Source: an uncultured Muribaculaceae bacterium (GTDB lineage Bacteria > Cyanobacteriota > Vampirovibrionia > Gastranaerophilales > Gastranaerophilaceae). Taken from it: a DNA stretch of 47,938 bases. The first letter of the stretch is position 1. Each line of letters starts with the position of its first letter. Under the pieces are notes generated by a model. That model was not told the DNA's origin. It was given only the letters and a program-made list of their open reading frames with translations, and ran no database searches. Shown here in pieces: positions 8,695 to 17,772 of this stretch. The position numbers and the translations under genes were made by a program. The stretch is taken from the NCBI GenBank assembly GCA_964531015.1, contig CAZHCP010000002.1, positions 1 to 47,938 on the forward strand. The letters are read 5' to 3'.

Positions 8695-9444
8695 TTAATT
8701 TTTAACGGAAACATTTTTTATTGCATTTTTATTAAAAACAATAAAATAATTTTCACGAGAGTTAGTGGTTGCACCGTCAATGCCTAATTCGTCGGATATT
8801 TTTTGCATGCAATATTCGTTAACAAATTGTGACATTACTTCATGTTCCGCCATACCGTATTGAGAAAATATCATAGGTTTATTCAATGCTTTTGAAAGTT
8901 CGCAAACCATATCTCTTTTCAATTCGTTATATTTATCAATGTTTGCACCGTGTGCGGTGTTGCCTTCATATTCGGATTTTAAAGTAACTCCGGAATAAAT
9001 ATCCAATGCACCTTCGCTAAATCCGAAATAAATACCGGGACCGTATTCCGTTTTTGATATTTTTGAAGTATCAAATCCGTTTTGTAAAATATTTTCGATA
9101 TTCCCTTCCGCTGTTTTATGCAGTAAGTTATCAATGGTTTTATATTCCGTTTTATCGCCAAATAAAGATTTTAGAGAATCAACAACATTTATTTTGTTTC
9201 CGTTTTCAAAGTCGGTGAAACTCATTTTATCCAAAACCGTATAAAGTTCTTCTTTTTTATTGCTCAGTGTATTTGAAAAATCTTTTTTATATTGTTCGAT
9301 TTCCTCAGGATTGCAGGATGATAAAAACGGATTAAAATTCCCGAAGGAAGTTGATTGCGGCTGATTTTTTGTTTTTTCGTTTGTTTTCTGTTGAATATTT
9401 CTTGCGGGAGTTGAGTAAATCCCGTTTATTCCGTTTATTTGCAT
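8695..9444 (-). CDS. leader-family protein with C-terminal PARP-like ADP-ribosyltransferase domain
   Basis: RBS AAAGGAA. Leader is MQINGINGIYSTP...STSFGN. LLHKTAEGNIENILQNGFD...GPGIYFGFSEGALDIYSG follows the H..GF...G.G.YF...S..Y pattern of the H-Y-E ART clade. Confidence 0.55.
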   Translation of the reverse strand: MQINGINGIYSTPARNIQQKTNEKTKNQPQSTSFGNFNPFLSSCNPEEIEQYKKDFSNTLSNKKEELYTVLDKMSFTDFENGNKINVVDSLKSLFGDKTEYKTIDNLLHKTAEGNIENILQNGFDTSKISKTEYGPGIYFGFSEGALDIYSGVTLKSEYEGNTAHGANIDKYNELKRDMVCELSKALNKPMIFSQYGMAEHEVMSQFVNEYCMQKISDELGIDGATTNSRENYFIVFNKNAIKNVSVKN

Positions 9445-9580
9445 AATATTTCCTTTATTTGTTACCCGTTTATATTTATAAAAACAAAGTAATCAAAAAA
9501 ATTGACCGATTAAAAATTACCCCGCAAAAATTATATTTATGAACCTTTAGAATAACAGAAGTAAAATCTAAAGAAAAAAT

Positions 9581-12500
9581 ATGAAAATATCTCCTAATGT
9601 AAATCAGATAAATTTTATATTCCCTGCAACCGTCAAAAGCGAAGAAAGACAAACAAAACCAAATACAAACGAAAATGGTTTTTCTTTTTCTTTAACGGCA
9701 AGTAATGCAATAAAAAGCTATAATACGGCATTTATAACCTTTTGCGGAGATGAGAAGCATTATGAAAATCGTAAAAAATTTAATGATTTAATTAATCAAT
9801 ATAGTAACCTTGTAAATCAAAATTTTGAGATGTCGGATTTTGATTGTAAAAAAGAAAATCTTTCTTATAAATCGGGAATTTTGCAAAAGATTGTTTCGAA
9901 CAAACTGTTATATGAAAATGATGGTATAAGAAATAATATTCAAAAAATTTTAAATAACATAAACTCCGATGAAGAATATGAATCAAAATCGGAATTGCTG
10001 GATAAATATGCCGGTGATGAAAACTGGAATAATAATGAAACAGTACGCAATATCATTGGAGAAATAACGAGCGGTGTTTTCAAAGAAAACGGTCAAAAAG
10101 GTACAATTGCGATTATAAATAAATATTTATCCGATAAAAATTGGCAAAATTGTAAAAAAATAAAGGAAAAACTTGCATTTGTTGCCTTTAATTGCAATAC
10201 GAAAGAAGAAGCAAACGCCAAAATTAAAGTTGCGGATAAAATATTATCTAATAAAATTTTGTCGGAAAATGAAGGGATAAAAAATAACATAATTATAATA
10301 TTACAATATTGTAATTCCGCTCAAAACGCAGACGTAAAAACTAAAATTGCAGATATATATTCTTTAAACCCTAAATTATACGAAAATGAAAATCTGAGTA
10401 GATTAATATGGTCAATTCTTCATACGGTATGCACAAAATCAGGATATAATATAAAATCGAAATTATTTGATAAATATTTATTTGATGAGAAATGGAATAA
10501 AAATAATTTAATCAATAATGTAATCGGTAATATGATTAACAAAATTACGAATGAAGGGGAAGAAACCGCAATTGAAATAATTTGCGATAAATATTTATCA
10601 AATAATGAATTATCGGGAAATAAGTATATAAACGAAAATATTGAAAATACATTAAAAAATGCAATGTTGTCGAAAAAGAAAGCGGAAATAATTGTAAAAT
10701 TAATGGAAAGATATTTTTGTAACGGAAATATCGATAATTATGCGAGAGAGGATATTGATAATATATTCCACTTAATGTCTTTTGTTTCGGAGGATGTGGA
10801 AAATGACAAGCGACTAAGATTATTTGATAAATATGTTGAAAATGAAATCCTTTTTAAGAATGAGAATTTGCGAAGCAATATGTATGATTTAATGTTGCGA
10901 ACATCGAAAGATGAAGCGTATGATGAAATAGAAAATTTTTTAAATAACTATATAAAATCTTCAAAACTTAATAAAAGTGAACTTGTAAAAAATACATTAA
11001 GTCATATTTTAAAAAATATATCAAATAAATCACAGCGTTATTATAATGAAGAAATTATTAATTTTGCACAAAATTATGAAATATCAAAAGAAACATTCAA
11101 AAAACTTATACAATGCTATGGGAAAATAAATACGGAGAGCATAGAAAAATTGATTAGAAATACGGGAAAAGAGAAATTTGAAGAAATCACCGACAGAATA
11201 CCGGATTTAATAACGACAAGCCGGTTAGCTTCTTTGTATAAAGTCGAAAGTATAAATGAAATTTCTCTTGCGGAAAGAAAAAATATTCTGAGAGAAATGG
11301 TAAGAAATAATAACGGAATGTTTGAATTAAGTAACAAACAAAAACAAAATTTCCCGTTAATTCCAAACAGCAGAGAAGAATATTGTTCGTTATTGCCTCA
11401 AATAGCAAGCTCAATCGGCATTGAAACAAAGGAGTTAACGGCCGATGAAGTTAGTGAGTTTGAAAAAAGAATGACAAATATGTCAAAAATATTGGAGGGA
11501 TTGCCCGATAAAAAATTTAATAAATTAAAAATTGACACAATGTATAAAAAAGATGAATTTATACACGATGTTATTAATTCATTAAAAGATTTATCCGTTA
11601 ATGAACGTCAACAGATATTCGATTTTTACGGTTTTGAAATAAGACGGCAGAAAGAACAATTATCACTCTTCGGTTATCCTCAGGATGTAAATTATGAACA
11701 GAGATTAATGCAAATACAAAACCAAAATGTAAAAAACGGAATTGAAAATGTAAGAAAATTCATAATAAAATTTACATCGGAAAATAAAGTAAAATCAAAC
11801 AATCCTTCACTTGAAAAAGAATTAAATGCAATGTTAAAACTTGCACCGGAATTGTACGGAAGCATAAATAAAAAACAACATCATACGCATGATTTTGACA
11901 TAATGAAACATTCGCTGAAAGTAATGCAAAAAATCGTACAAAATCCCAATTATAAGAAATTGAACGATTCGGATAAAAAAGTTATGTTGCTTGCCGCAAT
12001 GTACCATGATATTTCAAAAGCGGAAGGATGTGTTGATAATACGCATGCACAAGAAAGTTCGTTTGATTCTTTTTATTTGACAAAAAAATATAATCTGACA
12101 AAAGAAGAACAAAATAAGTTATATACGTTAATAAAAAATCACGAATGGTATAATTATACAAACACGGTGAATTCGCAAAATAAGGAGATTTTAAATAAAC
12201 GTTTGCAATCCGTAGCTTTTGAATTTAGAAACGGTGATATGTTCAAAATGGCACAAATATTTACGATTGCCGATATGAAAGCTGTTAAAAAGAATGATGA
12301 TTTCTATTTGTGTAAGAATAAGAACTTTGATAATTTTGCAGAAAGAATAACCGCATATACGGAAATATTAAAAAAAACGGAACCTGTTTTGCCGGTGACA
12401 AAAATACCGAAAGCAAGCGAACTTGATAAATATATTACAATCGTAAATGATGACGGTTCGACAAACATAAAGGGATTATATAAAACAGCAAGCGGAATAA

Positions 12501-13264
12501 CCGCAATAAAATATAATGAAGTTGAAGATTGGCAAGCGATAGGTTTTCCGAAAGGAACAAAATCAAGAGGCATACTTATAAGAAATCAAAATGACGGAAG
12601 TGAAATTGATACCGGAAACATAAAATTTTTCGTACACGGATTGGACAAAAAGCAGGATTTAATAAAATTCAATGCATTTTCTCAACCCGATTCGGAAGCA
12701 TTATTATCCGTAAGTTATGCGGAACGCCCGGAAAGTAAATATAAATTTTTCAGACCGCAAGGGGTAATTTTGGATGTTGATTCGGAATATGTATATGGCG
12801 GCGGGAAAACGGATTCGGGTTCCGGATACAAAAAAGATATAAAAAAGTTTAAAGAAAACTATGCTACCGAAAAATTTTACATACAAAACAGAGCCTTTGT
12901 TTCCGAACTGATAAAAGAAACATTGGGATTAAACGATAAAGAATATATTGAATTTGCGAATACGAACAAAAACAAATCAATAATTGAAATAGAGCCGAAA
13001 GAATATCGTCAAAAATTAATTGAAGCATTTGCAAATATAAATTCGCATTGCAGGTTGGGAATGCGAGAGTATAATGAAATGTTCGTTTCCAATCCTCGGG
13101 TAATGGGGCTGTTTGCATACGATAATTTGCGTGAATATGATTTTTTCCCGAGGAATAAAGACGACGGAACATTAATTGTTAATTCATTTGTTGAAAATCA
13201 ACAATCTTATTTAAAAGAATATGCAAAGAAAAATGATTTAATACTTTTTATCTTTGGTGATTAA
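9581..13264 (+). CDS. giant leader-family protein (1227 aa): ~8 alpha-helical DKYLS-type repeats, HD phosphohydrolase domain, unknown C-terminal domain
   Basis: Leader is MKISPNVNQINF...FITFCG. Recurring modules are DKYAGDENWNNNETVRNIIGEI, NKYLSDKNWQNCKKIKEKL, DKYLFDEKWNKNNLINNVIGNM, DKYLSNNELSGNKYINENIENTL and DKYVENEILFKNENLRSNMYDLM. The HD signature HHTHDFDIMKHS...LLAAMYHDISKAEG is encoded around 11880-12020. Confidence 0.7.
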   Translation: MKISPNVNQINFIFPATVKSEERQTKPNTNENGFSFSLTASNAIKSYNTAFITFCGDEKHYENRKKFNDLINQYSNLVNQNFEMSDFDCKKENLSYKSGILQKIVSNKLLYENDGIRNNIQKILNNINSDEEYESKSELLDKYAGDENWNNNETVRNIIGEITSGVFKENGQKGTIAIINKYLSDKNWQNCKKIKEKLAFVAFNCNTKEEANAKIKVADKILSNKILSENEGIKNNIIIILQYCNSAQNADVKTKIADIYSLNPKLYENENLSRLIWSILHTVCTKSGYNIKSKLFDKYLFDEKWNKNNLINNVIGNMINKITNEGEETAIEIICDKYLSNNELSGNKYINENIENTLKNAMLSKKKAEIIVKLMERYFCNGNIDNYAREDIDNIFHLMSFVSEDVENDKRLRLFDKYVENEILFKNENLRSNMYDLMLRTSKDEAYDEIENFLNNYIKSSKLNKSELVKNTLSHILKNISNKSQRYYNEEIINFAQNYEISKETFKKLIQCYGKINTESIEKLIRNTGKEKFEEITDRIPDLITTSRLASLYKVESINEISLAERKNILREMVRNNNGMFELSNKQKQNFPLIPNSREEYCSLLPQIASSIGIETKELTADEVSEFEKRMTNMSKILEGLPDKKFNKLKIDTMYKKDEFIHDVINSLKDLSVNERQQIFDFYGFEIRRQKEQLSLFGYPQDVNYEQRLMQIQNQNVKNGIENVRKFIIKFTSENKVKSNNPSLEKELNAMLKLAPELYGSINKKQHHTHDFDIMKHSLKVMQKIVQNPNYKKLNDSDKKVMLLAAMYHDISKAEGCVDNTHAQESSFDSFYLTKKYNLTKEEQNKLYTLIKNHEWYNYTNTVNSQNKEILNKRLQSVAFEFRNGDMFKMAQIFTIADMKAVKKNDDFYLCKNKNFDNFAERITAYTEILKKTEPVLPVTKIPKASELDKYITIVNDDGSTNIKGLYKTASGITAIKYNEVEDWQAIGFPKGTKSRGILIRNQNDGSEIDTGNIKFFVHGLDKKQDLIKFNAFSQPDSEALLSVSYAERPESKYKFFRPQGVILDVDSEYVYGGGKTDSGSGYKKDIKKFKENYATEKFYIQNRAFVSELIKETLGLNDKEYIEFANTNKNKSIIEIEPKEYRQKLIEAFANINSHCRLGMREYNEMFVSNPRVMGLFAYDNLREYDFFPRNKDDGTLIVNSFVENQQSYLKEYAKKNDLILFIFGD

Positions 13265-13273
13265 GTATAGAAA

Positions 13274-14614
13274 TCATGCAAAAGTCGAAAATTCCGTAAA
13301 AACTTTCGGCGTATTGTTTTTTTGTAACGGAACATTAACGCTTGCCTTTATACTTGCGGAAGCATTATTTATTCCCTGTGATTTCTTTTTCTTGTGCGAA
13401 ACAATAACAGCAGTTGTTATTCCTGCAACGGCAAGTGCCCCTGCGAATGCAATGCAGGCGGTTTTATTTTGTTTTGCGAACGCACTGATTTTTTGCCAAA
13501 AGCCGTCATTGTTTTTTATTTCTTCACTTGGCGGAGGCAGTGCGGGAAGCTCATTTGATTGAGAACCGCTTAATTTTGCCGCAATTGTTTTAATTGCCTC
13601 CTCCTTATCTTGCGGTATATTTTCAACAACCGTATTTTGTTTTTTCTCGGCATTTTTGAAAAACAGATTTTTTGCATTTTTATAAAATATTTTATCGATT
13701 AAGCTGTCGCCTTCTTCGGGGAATGCTTTTTTGATTGCATTTTTTGTATCCGTAATACTGTTTTGGTAGAATTGTTCTCCCGTATATTTAACGTCCCCGA
13801 TTTGCATGCCTGTTTTAAATTCACCCACGGGAACATCGGAACCGAAGAGAAGCCTGGAAGTCATATCTCCTTTTTCATGTTCTTTAAGCATTTTTATTGC
13901 TTTTATGATATTCGGTTTAGCGGGGTCATTGCAATCAACCCAGGAAATATCGGCATATAAAGTTGCGTCATTGTTTGTAATGGAGTCTTTTAATACTGAT
14001 AAAGCAATGTTGTGTACTTTTTCTCCTCCCGAACCCATGTGTGCCATGACAACGGGAACATCTTTATATTGTTTAGCCATATCATATATTTTGTCGGGAG
14101 AAGAATAACGGAATGCTTCGTCAACGAACTCAGGGCTTTGCGGTTTGTAAGATATTGCGGTATGAAAAACGCAAGGCAACTTGTTTTCTTGTGCAAATTC
14201 CAAATAAGGTTTTACGATATCATCCGTTGCAAAGTATTCTCCGGCATCGGGGTGGAATTTTAAACCCGCAAATTTATCTTTAAATTCTCCGAATAATTTT
14301 TTTATATTTTCAACCGAGCCTGTTTTCGGGTTGCAACTTGCAAGCGGTATATATACTTCGTTGTCTTTAATTGTGTTTAATAATGCTTTATTCCCGTCAA
14401 ATTCGCAGGGCATATTTCCTTTTGCAAGGGGTTCGAGTGCGGAAATTATTGCTTTTTCAACAGTATCACCGTTTGGAAGAGGATTTTTAATGAACTTATC
14501 AACATCGGCAAGTTTAAAATTATCACTGCCCCATTTCCCGATGTGAGTGTGTGCATCGATAATTTTACCTTTAAACGAAGGTGACGTAAACGCATTAACA
14601 CGACTTACTTCCAT
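13274..14614 (-). CDS. leader-family metal-dependent amidohydrolase (TIM barrel) with C-terminal transmembrane anchor
   Basis: Strong RBS AAAAGGAG. The sequence MEVSRVNAFTSPSFKG is followed directly by IIDAHTHIG, then VFHT, AHMG and GSDVP metal-ligand motifs. The C-terminal TM segment is CIAFAGALAVAGITTAVIV. Confidence 0.75.
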   Translation of the reverse strand: MEVSRVNAFTSPSFKGKIIDAHTHIGKWGSDNFKLADVDKFIKNPLPNGDTVEKAIISALEPLAKGNMPCEFDGNKALLNTIKDNEVYIPLASCNPKTGSVENIKKLFGEFKDKFAGLKFHPDAGEYFATDDIVKPYLEFAQENKLPCVFHTAISYKPQSPEFVDEAFRYSSPDKIYDMAKQYKDVPVVMAHMGSGGEKVHNIALSVLKDSITNNDATLYADISWVDCNDPAKPNIIKAIKMLKEHEKGDMTSRLLFGSDVPVGEFKTGMQIGDVKYTGEQFYQNSITDTKNAIKKAFPEEGDSLIDKIFYKNAKNLFFKNAEKKQNTVVENIPQDKEEAIKTIAAKLSGSQSNELPALPPPSEEIKNNDGFWQKISAFAKQNKTACIAFAGALAVAGITTAVIVSHKKKKSQGINNASASIKASVNVPLQKNNTPKVFTEFSTFA

Positions 14615-14704
14615 AATATAAACTCCTTTTACCCTTCCGCAAACACATATTTTACATAAAAATTATACTTCTAAAATGTGAGTTTTACAAGAGAAGATAG
14701 CAAA

Positions 14705-14771
14705 ATGTAATATTTTTGTTACATATATAGTAAAATTAAATTTTTTAATAAAATGTAATAAGTTTTTACAT
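14705..14771. promoter_or_regulatory. two copies of an ATGTAA-N7/8-TTACAT inverted repeat in a divergent promoter region (candidate operator)
   Basis: IR1 is ATGTAA 14705-14710 with TTACAT 14719-14724. IR2 is ATGTAA 14753-14758 with TTACAT 14766-14771. Both are preceded by the identical 11-mer AAAATGTAATA. Confidence 0.3.
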
Positions 14772-14895
14772 TAATTGATTTTTTAATGATTAAATAAGAT
14801 AATTTAAGAAAAATGCGGAGGGCGGTATCATTAACATAAAGTCTTTATTCGGAACAGTACTTACGTTTACTCTAATCGGGGCAGGTGCTTATGCA

Positions 14896-16920
14896 ATGAC
14901 TCCGGACGCAAATATTTATTATATGCGTGCAAATTCACTTGCAAATGAAGGTAAATACGAGCAGGCGGCAGAGAGCATAAGTAAAGCAATTCAATTATCG
15001 CCCGATGATGCACTTTTATATACAAAACAAGCGGGAATATACTCGGAAATCGGGGAATTGGAAAAAGCGGTCGAAGCCTATAAGAAAGCACTGAAAATAA
15101 GACCCGATGACGCTTTTATTTATATAAGTTTGGGAAATATTTTTGAACGGATAAAAGATTATAAAAGTGCAAATAACGCATATCTTCAGGCTATGAAGAT
15201 ATTTCCGGAATATAAATATAACTATTTGAATTTGGCAAGCGTAAAGACAAACTTAAAAGAAGATGAAGAAGCAATAAAATATTATCAAATGTTTCTTAAT
15301 TACTATCCCGATGCACTTGATGCAAGGGAAAATATGGCGTCTATTTATTTAAGAATGAATAAGCCCGATTCTGCGGTAAAAATATATAACGAACTTTATA
15401 TGAACAATCCGAACGATTTTAAGGATTATTCGAATTACGGTTTGGCATTATATCGAATTTCGGATTTTTCAAATGCGGAAAATATATTGTTGAAGGCACT
15501 TGAAAAAGATAAAAACGATACCGTTGCAATGGCTAATTTGGCGTATGTGTACTTGGCACAAAACAAAGAAGATGAAGCCTTGGCACGGTTTAAAAAAGTG
15601 TTGGATATTGATTCGGATATGAACTCGATAAGGTTTGATTATGCAAATCTGCTTGCAAATAAAAAGATGAATGATGAAGCGATTATTCAATATAACGAAT
15701 ATTTAAAAACCGTAAAAGATAATGAAATTGCATATTTGAATGCCGGAATAATATATGCGAAATCGGGAGATTATGAAAACGCAATAAAAATGCTTGAAGA
15801 CGGATTAAAAATTTCTCCCAAAAATTCGGAAATTCAAAAAGAACTTGCCAATACGTATCATTTATCAAAAAATTACGATAAAGCAATTACAATATATGAA
15901 ACGCTTACGGCAAATGACCCCGAAAATGTTACGTATATATTAAATAAAGGTATTGCCTGCCATGCTCAAAAGCAATATGATGAGGCGATTGCTTTGTATA
16001 AAAATGTATTGGAAAAAGATAAAACAAATAAGACGGCAAAAGAATATCTTTTAAAGGCTTATGTTTCGCAGGGGGAAGAATTTTATAAAAACGAAAATTG
16101 GAAAAAAGCTATAAATTCTTTTGAAAATGCTTTGACTCTTGACGGTGAAAACGGCTTGCTGTATGTAAACATTGCGAATGCTTACGAAAAAATCGGTTCA
16201 AAATCAAAAATGACCGAATATTATGAAAAAGCATTGGAAATTGCTCCGAATAACAACGATGTATTGTCCTCTTATGCTAAAAATTTAGCAAAACAGGATA
16301 AAACAGAAGAAGCCAAAATTGTATATGAAAAAGCAATGAATGCGAGTGACACGACGGACGAAGACAAGTTTGAATATTATGAAGAGCTTGGCGATACTTT
16401 TTATAAAAACAAAGAATATGAAAAAGCCTTGGCTGAATATGAAAATGCAATAAAAATCAACGATAAAAAAGATACAATTCACATCAAAAAAGGAAATACG
16501 TATAAAGGTTTGGCAAAATCGGAAGAAGCAATAAATGCGTATAATAAGGCAATTGAAATAAATCCCGATAATCCCGACCCGTATTTTAACAAAGGCTTGT
16601 GTCAGGCGGAAACGGGCGATTTGAAATCGGCAAAAGTAAGTTTTGAAAAAGTTATCGAACTTAAATACGATTATGCTTATGCTCATTATGCACTCGGTTT
16701 GACAAACGAAAAAGAAGCAAATTATGAAAAAGCAATTGAAAATTATGAAAACTTTATAATTTATACAAGTGATAAAATTTTAAAAAATAATATAAAAAGC
16801 AAAATAAATAATTTAAAAAAGAACTTAAAAAAAGGTGACGAGGCAAATGAAACGGGCATGAAAGCGGAAAAAACAGTTGAAAATAATTCCGAAAATTTCA
16901 AATCGGATAAAATAGAATGA
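14896..16920 (+). CDS. tetratricopeptide (TPR) repeat protein; true start may be an upstream non-ATG codon (about 14830) that adds a signal peptide
   Basis: Many TPR units (for example YEQAAESISKAIQLSPDDALLY and LEKAVEAYKKALKIRPDDAFIY). The frame is open from 14803 and encodes IINIKSLFGTVLTFTLIGAGAYA after GGAGGG at 14817-14822. Confidence 0.85.
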   Translation: MTPDANIYYMRANSLANEGKYEQAAESISKAIQLSPDDALLYTKQAGIYSEIGELEKAVEAYKKALKIRPDDAFIYISLGNIFERIKDYKSANNAYLQAMKIFPEYKYNYLNLASVKTNLKEDEEAIKYYQMFLNYYPDALDARENMASIYLRMNKPDSAVKIYNELYMNNPNDFKDYSNYGLALYRISDFSNAENILLKALEKDKNDTVAMANLAYVYLAQNKEDEALARFKKVLDIDSDMNSIRFDYANLLANKKMNDEAIIQYNEYLKTVKDNEIAYLNAGIIYAKSGDYENAIKMLEDGLKISPKNSEIQKELANTYHLSKNYDKAITIYETLTANDPENVTYILNKGIACHAQKQYDEAIALYKNVLEKDKTNKTAKEYLLKAYVSQGEEFYKNENWKKAINSFENALTLDGENGLLYVNIANAYEKIGSKSKMTEYYEKALEIAPNNNDVLSSYAKNLAKQDKTEEAKIVYEKAMNASDTTDEDKFEYYEELGDTFYKNKEYEKALAEYENAIKINDKKDTIHIKKGNTYKGLAKSEEAINAYNKAIEINPDNPDPYFNKGLCQAETGDLKSAKVSFEKVIELKYDYAYAHYALGLTNEKEANYEKAIENYENFIIYTSDKILKNNIKSKINNLKKNLKKGDEANETGMKAEKTVENNSENFKSDKIE

Positions 16921-17333
16921 AAAAATTACCGTTAATTTGTTTAATACTTTCTTTAATATTGCTTTGCGGATTTAAAGTTAAGGAAAAACCTTACGTAGTG
17001 CTGTCAACGGGAGATATATCAACCGATAATCCGCAGGTTACAAAAAGAATTGAACGTTGTTTCGCTCCGAGGCAACGGATAAATTACCTTTTGGTGTTGC
17101 CGAACGGCGTAAAATATTCGGGAGTCAGAGTTCAAATATCCAAACAAAGCGATAAAACAAAAGGGCTTTGGGGATATTCAATCGAAAATGCAAAAGATAT
17201 TTATATTGTTAAAGGCGAAAAATATTATAAAGATTATATTGTTGTAAAATCCGGCGGTAATTATATTCTACAATTTTTTTACTTAAATAAAAAAAATTAT
17301 CCGTTTGTTCATAAAGAATTTTTGGTCAGATAA
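16917..17333 (+). CDS. small exported protein / possible lipoprotein
   Basis: ATGA stop/start overlap with the TPR gene. Signal peptide MKKLPLICLILSLILLCG has an atypical lipobox. Confidence 0.6.
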   Translation: MKKLPLICLILSLILLCGFKVKEKPYVVLSTGDISTDNPQVTKRIERCFAPRQRINYLLVLPNGVKYSGVRVQISKQSDKTKGLWGYSIENAKDIYIVKGEKYYKDYIVVKSGGNYILQFFYLNKKNYPFVHKEFLVR

Positions 17334-17744
17334 ATGTATAAATATATAAAATTTTTGTTTCAAAAAATATGTTCTCCGAAATATGTCAGGAAAGGCAAAT
17401 GCTTATCCTGCGGAAATTGTTGCCGAAATATATTGCTTTGTACGGCGGATAACAAGGCAATTCGGTGTGAAGAACAATTTGAGAAGATAAAAAAATTTGA
17501 TAAACATTTTTATAATTTCTATATTTCGGGAAAAAGCGAAAACGGTGAACTTTTATTTACCTGTAAAGAACTCGGAGAGGATAACAAATGCAAAGTTTAT
17601 TTTTTTAGAGGTTTAGGGTGCAGAAAATATCCGAAAACGGACACAAAATTTTTGATTAATCACGGTAAACCTTTGGACGGGTGCGGTTATTATTTTGAAA
17701 CAAGTAAAAAATTCGGTGATTATTTGAAGGATTATAGAAAATAA
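17334..17744 (+). CDS. YkgJ-family cysteine-cluster protein (CxxCxxCC)
   Basis: CLSCGNCCRN motif plus downstream Cys residues. The ATG directly follows the upstream stop. Confidence 0.7.
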   Translation: MYKYIKFLFQKICSPKYVRKGKCLSCGNCCRNILLCTADNKAIRCEEQFEKIKKFDKHFYNFYISGKSENGELLFTCKELGEDNKCKVYFFRGLGCRKYPKTDTKFLINHGKPLDGCGYYFETSKKFGDYLKDYRK

Positions 17745-17772
17745 GAAATATTTATAGTAAAATAGTTTCGTT

